This document shows, piece after piece, positions 1 to 9,826 of a stretch of DNA of 64,000 nt; position 1 is the stretch's first letter; each line of letters begins with the position of its first letter. Both the position numbers and the translations under genes were made by a program. The notes under the pieces were generated by a model that saw only the letters and a list, made by a program, of their open reading frames with translations, was not told the DNA's origin and ran no database searches. The DNA is from Macrostomum lignano (lineage: Eukaryota). The DNA lies in assembly GCA_002269645.1 (NCBI GenBank), contig NIVC01003251.1:45098-109097 (forward strand). The letters run 5' to 3'.

Positions 1-97
1 ATGCTGTAAATTAATTTGCAGACAGAATGTCGCTCCTTTGGCAGCGTGGAGCTTAGTCATACTGTATTAAATGCAATGTCTGGCTAGAGCCCAGGGC

Positions 98-2121
98 CAT
101 CAAGGAGACTTGGACAACAGATCGTCCTCGTCCCAGGCCGCTGGGGCTTGACTGGGAGATGGGAGTTGGTCGACGTCCATGGCCTCCTCACCCCCACCGG
201 CCACCCCAGCAGAGTCCTCAGGCTCCGATGACAGGATGGAGGAAGCTTCCTTACCTGCATCTTTACCTTCAGACCCCACCAGGGTGGCCGAGGAGAGCTC
301 GGATTCCGAAGACCCGGCCTCGTCCTCAACTCCTTCTCCGACTAGCAGGTTTGGTTCCCGGGGCTTGGCCGGAGCCGTTACCGCGGTCGCCGAACTGCTG
401 CTAGCAGAGGGGCGAGACGCAGCTTTGGCTTTGGGATCGGCTTGCGCCTTTCCTTGGGTCTTAGACTGCGCCCCGCTCTTGCCGGAGATGCCGGGGTTGG
501 CAGTAGCCTTCCCTTTGGCAGACTTTCCTCGGCGCATCTTGAGCTTGAGGGCATCCAGCTGGAAAGAGGATCCATTAGGGTACCGACTCGCCCAAGTGCT
601 GGAAAGGCCGAGGACAATTGAGTTGCCCGTCTCCCCCCTGCGGACTTGGCGGTGATACACCAGTCCACTAGCAGGGAGGTCGGGGTTCAGACGCAGTAGG
701 ACCCGGCGGATAACGTCTGGTCCAGCTGCGGTGCTCTTAGCAGGGACGAAAACCATAGGGTATCGTCTTTGGACGCTGGCCCTCGCGAAGAAAAAGAGCT
801 CCGCCAAGGTCAGCATCCAAGGAGACCGTCGGTAGCCGCTGGAGCAGCTGCCGAGCGTCCTCCTCGCTGCTAGGAGCAATAAGAACGAATGTGCTTCGCA
901 GCACCATCCGCTCAATGCCGATGGAGATTCCCTCCTCGACAGTCAGCTCAATCAGATAGGAGTCAACAGCACTCCACACTTTTTGAAGCTGATCAGTGGT
1001 CCAGTCCTGGTCGCGACCTTGGATGATCACTCCCGGGATTTTGGCCTTGGCCTTCGCCGCAAAGGTAGCTCCCGAAGGAACCTCCTTGTTGGCAGTGGCC
1101 ATTTGCTGCGCCGTGGTTTCGGCCTCAGCAGCCGCAGCAGCATCTCCAGGGAGCGCCGCCGCTGAACTACTGGAGCTTCCACCGGCCGGCCCGCCTGGTT
1201 GCCTTGGGACTCCAGTCGCTTCAGCATCCATGGTGGACGCCGCCGCTTTGGCCCCCGCAGCTCCCTGCTTGGCCTGCCTTTTGGCGCGTTGTTTAGCGCG
1301 TTTGCGCTCAAGCCGAGCCCGCTGAGCTTCATCGGATCTGCCAGATTTGGCCGGTCCTTTAGGCTCAGAGCTCGCGGTTCCCTTAGATCCACCAGCGGAG
1401 CTGGAAGGTCTTTGGGCATTTTGAGTTTGGTAGCTCTGGTCGGATCTGCCAGCAGAGCCAGCCGGTCCTTCCTTTGCCACAGTTGAATCAGTCGGTTGGG
1501 ATCTGCCAGCAGGGCCGGCCGGTCCTTCGGACTGAGGTTGGGGTTTAGAAGGGTCCCCGTCCCTAGAAAAAGCTTGGTTATCCATAGTCGGCTCGAAGGC
1601 CATGATAAAAGGTTGTTGGGCTACCCTCAAAGGGGCGCGGTACCCACCCGGCCGCTCCACCTGACCGGGCAGTAGGCCAATAGAACCCTCAAGGCTGGCC
1701 CGACACCAGGAGGGGGACCGCTTGCGACCGGACTACTCCCCGGCCTTCCAGCCCATCGGCACGGTCAACACCTTAGGCATTTGAGAGTACGTTGAGCAGT
1801 ACCACGGCCTGCAGGTTGGCGAGCCAGACCCGCATACCCAAATTCGGCCGAAGCCACTGGATAGGGTCGCCAGCGCCGGAGCCCAGTCTGTCCAGCAGCC
1901 CTAGGGTCTGCCTTGAACACACGCGGGGACGAGTACCCTGGGTCGACTTGCGAGACAGCGTGGGGGGGGGTCTGCGGCTGCCAGAGGCAAGTAGAGGGTG
2001 CAGACCTCCCACCGGCCTTGACCTGCCAAAGATAGGGGCAGGCGTGAAGCATCGCAGACCGTAGCCCATAGGCCTAGTCTGTCTCATACTTCACTGGCGT
2101 GCTGAATACACCTTCGCGTGC
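98..2121 (-). mobile_element. 5' part of a non-LTR retrotransposon (LOA/R1-like): structured 5' UTR plus gag-like ORF1, cut off just after the ORF2 start
   Basis: ORFs 737..1660 and 100..915 join by a frameshift near 750-800 into a low-complexity gag-like ORF1. The likely ATG is at about 1603 (MAFEPT), matching ATGGCC at 19914 in the second copy. 1690-2110 is homologous to 19995-20400, which is physically linked to RT, zinc-knuckle and tail fragments. The ORF1 stop overlaps an ATG (TGATG, 102-98). Confidence 0.75.
1836..2121 (-). ncRNA. Candidate HDV-like self-cleaving ribozyme, copy 1
   Basis: Minus strand: P1 GCACGCG (2121-2115) pairs with CGCGUGU (1925-1919), with a G.U first pair. P3 GGG/CCC encloses L3 UACUCGU (1935-1929). 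The GU after P1 (1918-1917) pairs with L3 AC. Candidate J4/2 CGAA (1846-1843) is followed by UUUGGGU, complementary to ACCCAGG, but that strand overlaps P3 by two G. Confidence 0.65.
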
Positions 2122-3151
2122 AACGTAGGTGTGAGTAAAGCGAATTTATAAATTTTTGTCAATGAAACAAATGTAGCTGGTATAAATTCGATTGACTCAC
2201 ACCATTAATTTCAGTTAGGATGGAGGTGAATGGGGGGAACCCTCAAAAAGTGACAGGTGCAGCCATTAATCATCAAATTTCAATACATTTTTTAAATGAG
2301 TTTTAACAATGCTAAGTAAAAAAATTAGCATGAAATCTCATAGAATTCACTTCATGGAAATCTCATGTGAGTTATCGCAAGCCAGCATACCAGATGGCCG
2401 ATTAATACCTTGACGTCTGGTGATTTGGTGGTATGGAAAAGAAAAAAACCATGAAAGAGAGAGCAATACTAATATGAAAGACAAAGGGTACAAAGGAGGT
2501 AATAAAAAAGAGGAAATGAAAGAATGGGAACGATAGGGAAGTGTTGTGATTTACAATGCTTGCGCAATGAATTGACCACTGACAATTAACTATTGACCTT
2601 ATTGAATGCGTGGGCGTATACTATACTCAGACTAGAATGTGTAGGTGATTGCGTATCGATTTGGCAATGCAACGTGCAAGTAGTTTCATCTCTATAAATA
2701 TATTGTGAGCGAGATGTGTATCTCTGAACTCAAAAGCTTCAATCAAAGAAACTCTCTGTGTTAATTAGAACACAACAGGAAGATTATAATCCCAACTGGC
2801 CATAGTGAGTACACAACAGAGGAAAGAGCTCATGTGCCGTCATACCAGTGCGAGGGCTGTCCGAGTACTGGATACTCAGAAGTCCCAGGTCGTTTCCCCT
2901 TGACTCATCAAATGATTCATTCCACCCCATCATTGCTTGTTCACCTTCGCGTTACTTCCTCAGGCTCTTCCTCACGTTTTAAACCTCGTATCTCCCAAAG
3001 CTATTTTGCTTCTTTCGCGTGACCTATTGCGCAACCCTCGGATTTTATAGGTCGTCTACGCACATGACGTCACTTGGCTGCCAAACGACGCCATTCAAGG
3101 AATGGTCAAGGCCACTTTGTTCTCATATCATGCCTGTGATTTTTTATTAAA

Positions 3152-3385
3152 GACAGTGGCTGTGTGCACCCTGGCGCACTTTAAGCGACATTGTCACACA
3201 ACCGGCGAGAGGCATTGCTGCCCATTCCGCCGACTCCCCTGAGCAGGCACACAAGCGCAAGGATACGAACGCAGTCATACGCACAGGCACACACTCACAC
3301 AGGAGTGTACAGCGGCCCTAACTTTACTTTATTTATCGTCAGGCATGTACACTGTGCCTTGGAGGTTGGCCCCTCAAGGGCATTA
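3152..3385 (+). repeat. Dispersed repeat (SINE- or Helitron-like) ending in a hairpin motif
   Basis: Near-identical inverted copy at about 52125-52352. The terminal motif AGGCATG...CCTTGGRGGTTGGC recurs at about 8977, 21917 and 25934. Confidence 0.7.
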
Positions 3386-3557
3386 CAAGCAGATCCAAGC
3401 TGAGATTTGCAACGAAGTTTTGGTTGGTTATTCCCGCAGCCAATCGCTTTGTCATGAAAGAATTTTCATAAATCAATAAATAATGAAGATTGCTTCTGAG
3501 CCCTAGGTTTCCACAGCTACCCGAGACAGAAGCAGTTGCCCAAATCCAGCCTCCAGC

Positions 3558-4354
3558 ATGCATTGCCAAACTGTTGAGCACTTTCTACCCCTGCTGCTGC
3601 TGCTGCTGACTGCCAGTCCACCAGCGGCTGGCTTCACCTTTGAAATCGTGGGATCCGAGAGCTCATCAGCCCCTGCCAGCATGAAGTCTGTGGCTGGCAG
3701 AAGCACCTTGGACTGCTCGGTGAAGTGTGCTCAAACAGCCGGCTGCATCGGATTCTCCTGGCTGCAGAGTCTGTGCCAGCTGTTCGACTTGAGCGCCTTC
3801 TCTGGCACCTGGCTGAGCTCGCCACCCTGCGAGGTGTTCAAGCTGATAGAAGAGCCGGCAGCTGCTGCCAGTAAGGAACGAAACGTCACATGCGCATACA
3901 GTTTTATTTTAGTCTGGTAAACCCTGAAGCTCATTCACAACTCTGGCTACTCGTTCCCGCAGGTGCTTCGCCCGCCAACATAAAAAAGTTGAACATTTCC
4001 AGCTGCCAGCACAGCAATACCTACCTGAGCTACCACTGCACAATCTCTATGGATGGCAACAGGGACCAGACCGTCTACAGCGCCACTGTAAAAAACATCG
4101 GCGAATGGTGGGAGGCGCGGCTGGCCGCTCCAGCTTTCGCGGCCTACATCACCATCTACAACCGGCTTTCCAGTGCTAGTTGGCTCAACAAGTTCAACTT
4201 GGTGGTTGATGGCATTGAGTGCAACCGAGTGGACCTGACAGAGCCGTTCTCCATCGCCAACTTCACCTGCAACGCTTTCGGCAGCGCAGTTCGAGTTGTC
4301 ACCCAGCTGAGCAATCATCTCGTTATCTGCGAAGTTGAGATCTACGGTTACTGA
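3558..4354 (+). CDS. Secreted protein: signal peptide + PAN/apple-like domain + F-type-lectin/galactose-binding-like domain; exons 3558-3870, 3963-4354
   Basis: Hydrophobic N-terminus, CSVKCAQTAGCIGFSW..LCQLF PAN-like cysteine pattern, and a phase-1 intron (GTAAGG 3871, CAG 3962) that joins in frame. The C-terminal domain has WW...L, ITIYNR and LVICEVEIYG motifs typical of F-type lectin folds. Confidence 0.8.
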
Positions 4355-5299
4355 GACGTCAAGGTCGTGTCAAATGAATAGCGGATCAAATTTATCCCTA
4401 AGCTGCAAAATCTTACTTTTTTATACAACTATAAAACTGACATAAATTAGATTTTTTACTCTTTAACAACTCTTTGAAGATGAATTTGAAATTTAGGACT
4501 TGTAGAAAAGTAGATAAGTAGAAACTCCTAGCGACTCAGAAAAAATAAACGCTGGAAATACCTTTCTTGTTGAGCCGCATCAAATCAATCAAATTTGAGT
4601 AATTAATGCTGTTTTCGAACCCACCGCCGACCACAAAGACTCCATGGCTACTCCAGCCCTGTATTCGCTCTCCAGTTTCCAGTAAAAAGTGAAAATCTAT
4701 TCACAACAACAAAAATGTTTGCTGGGTTTGGGAAATTCAAGCTAAGAACGACACTGTGGAGAGAATTGCAGAGGTTCCGCCTCTTGACTGGTCGGTTTCC
4801 TGTTGCTAGAGCCTTACTTTCGAAGAAAGAACTACAATGAAGGGCAGGAAAAGTGGATTGAAATACTTTCAGTGGCGATCAAACCTGTTAAAAGTTCTCT
4901 ATAGGCACTTAGACTGGAAATTTTTCGGGGTCTGCTTTTGTTTCAATCCACAGGAATCTAGTTGCTTTTAGAGTTATTAGCTCAGCGAGATTGGCACGGC
5001 TTTTAGTCATGAGTAGCCTTCGCTTAACCCCCAGTTCTGAGCTGCAGCTCCCCACCTGCCCGTGCCCGGTTGCCTGTGCCTTTAGTCTCCGTCTCCTCAG
5101 AGTCCGCTCCGTCTGCTCCTTGTTCTCGACATTCATTCGTATTTTTTCCTCACATGACCAGCTCAGGCTTGTCCAGTCTGCGAGTGCAATAAAACATGTT
5201 TACCAAACTTCCTTGGTCGCGTGTATTTTTTACATGTCTGTGCCAAGGACCTAAGTATCGCGACTTCTTGCTTCTGGTTCAAGGATTCAAAAAACACCA

Positions 5300-5478
5300 G
5301 ATATGTCAACTCTAGCATATTGGTTTCGCGTGAAGATTGTTCCATTAGGCTGATATAAGTTTTGTCTCTGCTCTGGCTTGATGGAGCTCTGGAGCTCTGG
5401 AGCTTCAGCCCCAAGAAGAACCCCAATCCTCCTGATCACTCGCTGTTCAGAGACTAATAGCGTTCTGTTCAGCCCACC
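5300..5478. repeat. Dispersed repeat, copy 1 (copy 2 at about 21215-21390)
   Basis: Near-identical block CATTAGGCTGATATAAGTTTTGTCTCTGCTCTGG...CCCACCT in the same orientation at both sites. Confidence 0.8.
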
Positions 5479-6161
5479 TTAACCATGAGCGGGCGGATGG
5501 CCCGAGTTCGGGTCATCCCACCAGCACCGAAGCGAACGGCTGCGCGTTTGTAAAAGTCTATGGCAAATCAATCATCATCTCAGCACTCCCGTTCCCGACG
5601 GGAATGGCCCAATTTCGGGTCAGTGTCTAAGAAGGTTGCAAATAGTAGATGACGCAAAAATGAGAATTATTAGCTTAGATATGTCACACCTGTAATTTTA
5701 ATAACTCGTTTATAATAAAACTACTGTGGAAGTTTTTTAACAAAACTGTAAAAATTTATTGTACGAAGTAAGCTTGTTCCCAATGAAGCCGGAATAGTCT
5801 AATTACATGACTTATAAGGGACAATTTCCAAGTAGGAAAAGATGTAAACACTGGAGCATCTGTAAGACACGAGTAAGCAGGATGGTACAATGAGTAGGTA
5901 GGTAGGTAGTTAGGTAGGTGGTTAGGTACATGTGGGTAGGTGATGAAAGGGAACGGCCAGTTAAGGGATTGTGCCTGAATAGGAGACTCAGAACTGTGGT
6001 ACATGCACTTGCACGGGACTGCAATAGAGCCGAAAAATTCATACACGAATAATGCAACGCATAACAATTCAGTGAATAACGAACATTAACATCAACAAAA
6101 ATTCGAATACGTAATAACGGTTTTGATTCATCTAATGGTTTGAAGGTAATAAAGCTAATAG

Positions 6162-7622
6162 CTAATAGTTAGTGCGAGAGTGCCAGTGTGAAAAACAGGC
6201 ACCTAGGCAAAGGGCTGGAACTCCCGGGCAGGCTTCGCAAACGAATGTAGTCTTCTTGACCTGGCCAGCTGCATAGCACACACGACATCTTTTGCGTGGT
6301 CGGACCTGGTCTTCCGATTCTTGGAGCCTTGCTTGGTGAATGGGCGTCAGCACCATCTCCTCCGCCAATAGCAAGAGCGCCAGCACCACCTGGTGTAGGT
6401 CCACGTCTCCTGGCAACCCCAGCGTCCTCCACAAGTCTCTTTATTGCCAGCCTCAGAAACTGCAGAAAGGTCTTGGTGCCACCTGACTGTCGGTAGATCA
6501 TCCACGAGTTCTGCACAAGCATCGCAAGAAGATGAAATCCCATATTGTGGAACCAGCGCATGCTCTTTCGGTTCGCGAGGTACGGGTGCATTGAGGCATC
6601 CAAATGGTCAATCCCGCCCATACTGGAAGAATAGGCAAGCACGCTAGCAGGCTTTTGCACTACCGCGACGGTTGCGTTGAACCTGAATGCATTCTGCCTT
6701 GCCCGCCGTGTCCAGCAAATACAGGGTCTTGGTGCCGCTTTGCTTCCTGTCGACAAATTTACACGCTAAGAGGTCACCTGAACGTGCGAATGCAGATGAA
6801 GTTGGGTGGATGTTGACAGCCTGCAAATCAGCGGGAATGCCGCGATCCTTTCGCACCGTCCCAGCCAGCAGCGTATCGTGTTGCAGCAACCAATCGACCA
6901 GCCGGCGTGATGTAAACCAACTATCAGTGAACACATGATGTCCGAGATGGAGGAGACCGCGGCACAGCTCTGCCACAACTCTCACGCTCATACTCATGCC
7001 TTGACATCCGAGTCGTTCACCAAACTGTTGATTAACCTCAGGAGACGTGTGGATGACGAAGTTCCATAAATGACACAACGGAGACACGACAGGAGCTGCT
7101 TAAATCGGTCTCTTGATAGAGAGAAAGGCTTGGAAAGAAACGGGCAGTGAAAGATCAGGTCGGTTGACCAGTAGCTGGCTATTTCTGGCTTCTTGTCGAC
7201 TCCCATGAGCAGCACAATGCCCACCAACTTTCGAGCTTCATTAGTGGAGCAATCACGCCAGTTTAACACCAGCTTCGGTACAGCATCCTGAGTCTCTGCC
7301 TCCTGAAAGATCTTCCAGGCTTTTGCGTTGGTCCATCGGCTAATATCTTCAAACAGTTGATCCGTCAGAAATAGCTTCAGGAAAGCTTCTTCGTTTCCAT
7401 CCGCAGCATGTGGAGAATGCCAATCAGGTCGTGCACCGGGCTACCGAGGAATTCAGGCAAGGCTGATGGTCGATTATCAGTGTCAGCTTGAACCATGTGC
7501 CACTCACCAACGTGTTCGACTCCTGGGTTCTCTACCTTATCTTCAAACTCATCAACGGCCTCGTCAGCAGTTGAGTAATAGCTGGACGAATCAGCTGAAT
7601 CCGAACTCGCACCAGAATCCAT
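6162..7622 (-). pseudogene. Decayed piggyBac-family transposase
   Basis: Frameshifted pieces: acidic N-terminus, LFLTD..., SRDRFKQLL, HVFTDSWFTS, GTVRKDR, YSSSMGGID and a C-terminal cysteine-rich domain (RCRVC...CEAC...LC...CF..WH). The segment that normally carries the first catalytic Asp appears deleted. Termini not resolved; possible terminal motifs near 5480-5620 and 7755-7785. Confidence 0.9.
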
Positions 7623-7784
7623 GGTTTGTTGATAAACGATTAGTTTGAATGGATCTTGGAAACTCTATGCCAGAACTCTATGAAATGAATTTGACTTTAA
7701 CAGCTCCCGACGTCTACGGGTGTGAAAGTTAGACTAAGAAAATTTGTCTAATTTGTCTATGGCCCGATTTCGGAGCCGTCGGGA

Positions 7785-8028
7785 CTATGGCACATTATGT
7801 TACTTATGGCACACTATGGCACATTATGTTACTTATGGCACACTATGGCACATTATGTTACTTATGGCACACTATGGCACATTATGTTACTTATGGCACA
7901 CTATGGCACACTATGGCACACTATGGTACACTATGGCACAGTATGGCACACTATGGCACACTATGGCATACTATGGCACACTATGGCACACTTTGGCACA
8001 CTATCGCACTCTGGCACAATATGGCATA
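7785..8028. repeat. Tandem repeat, 10-bp unit CTATGGCACA with a 30-bp higher-order variant
   Basis: Directly visible array. Confidence 0.95.
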
Positions 8029-9826
8029 CAAAGCAAATTTTCTGACTGTGGTAGCTTGTAACAGAAAGACATCAACACACACTGTATGGCCTGAGCCACT
8101 ACATTCGAAAATTACAGATTTATAATCTGAAACTGTAACACTGAAACACTATCGCAGGAAAATGATCTTCGCTATCTATTGTCAACAAATGCACAGAGAG
8201 GGCAGATAGATGGTTGGTTTGAGGTTAGAATGTACGAGGATTCCTGGGCCCGCTTCGCTTAGGGTTGTCTAACGCATACCGTTCGTGCCCGCCTGCGCCA
8301 TCTTTTTAACTGGCCGGACCAATCCACTCTGCTTAGTCTACTTTAAGTGCTGAGCTGGGTGGGGCCTTTTAAGCTAAAGTTCTTCGACTTTGACCTCATT
8401 GTAAGCAATAGTTTAAATGGACATAGTGCTATAGGCGCCAGCACCAAGGAGACGTGGAGACGAAGCCCTAGTTTGTACGAGCGTATCTTCGTTTCGTCGA
8501 CTTTTGCCAAGCCTAAATGTGCGCACCTTGAAGTAAGCGTTCCTTACAGAGAAGCTTGACTTTACAGTTCAACAGTCGACATATCGTGCGTAAATGAAAA
8601 GTAGCTTGTAATTACAGCACAAACAAATTATTTACTTTAAAAAATATCCTTACGATGCATTGCTCTTCTCTGATTGGACTATGCGGAATACAACTGGAAG
8701 TCACCGCGCTGGCATCGTGGAGCATCAGAAGTGACTCACCCGTGCAAAATTCCGTCGTCCGCCGATGTATCTGACATACGCGACGTCGGACACGTCGACT
8801 GAATCTCGGCGTAATTTAAAAGTGCTTGTTGGCCATCAAGCTTGTTGGGCTTGTTGGACAGTGGCTGCCTCGATAGGTGACCCAAGCCGAAATCAGTTGT
8901 GGAGCTGCATGTACTTACCACAGCAAACAAAGCTTAGCTTTGTATTTTTTAATCATTTTTATCGTTTATTCATCGTTAGGCATGCAAATTCAACTGTCTT
9001 GGGGGTTGGCCTTCAAGGGCGTTAATTACAGAGCCAAGCCGAGATACCAAACTAGCTATAGTCTCAAATTAATGTGACTGCACTTGAAATCGAGCCTTGG
9101 CCAACCACTGGACTACGGCCCCATCGGGCCCCAATTACGGCCCCAAATTTTACATTCCTTACAGAACCAAATTACCTGCTTATAATAGTTGCACGCAAAG
9201 ATACAGAAGATTACTCTTCTGGCTATTCTTCAGATAATCGCACTCAGTGATCCATTGAAAAGCGTTAATTATTTGTTTTTACCTTCAAAGTACATTCGCG
9301 AACTTTTCGACATGGAAAGCGTCAGTTTATTTCATGAGAACTTTAAACTGAATAACGAATATTTTACGCAATTTTAAGGGATTCACAGTGTTGTGTCAAA
9401 CTTTCTGGTTAGCAAAATATAGCTATACTATACTAAATATACCTGTTAATTCATTGTCTCTTCTTATATGCAATTGTCAGATAGTAGCTATAGCCGTAAA
9501 TAGAACTGGATAAACGTACCAACATACAATATTAATTAGAACAATTCATTAAAAAGTGTACATATAGTAGGTACTGATAATAAAAAATAGTTAAAACAAA
9601 CTTGTTTAACACTGGATAATTACAACCTATAGTAAAATCTTTTAGCAATATAAGTACGTAAAAACAATCAAGTTACAGAGAACTGACCTCTCAACCAAAG
9701 CTTAAGTTACTAATTTTTTAGGACGCATTAAATAAAAGTACATGTTTTTTAAAAAGGTCTTGCGTAGTTTACCTGATTAAATGTTTTTACCGTGATTATA
9801 AATAAGTAATCGATTTACACGTGATA

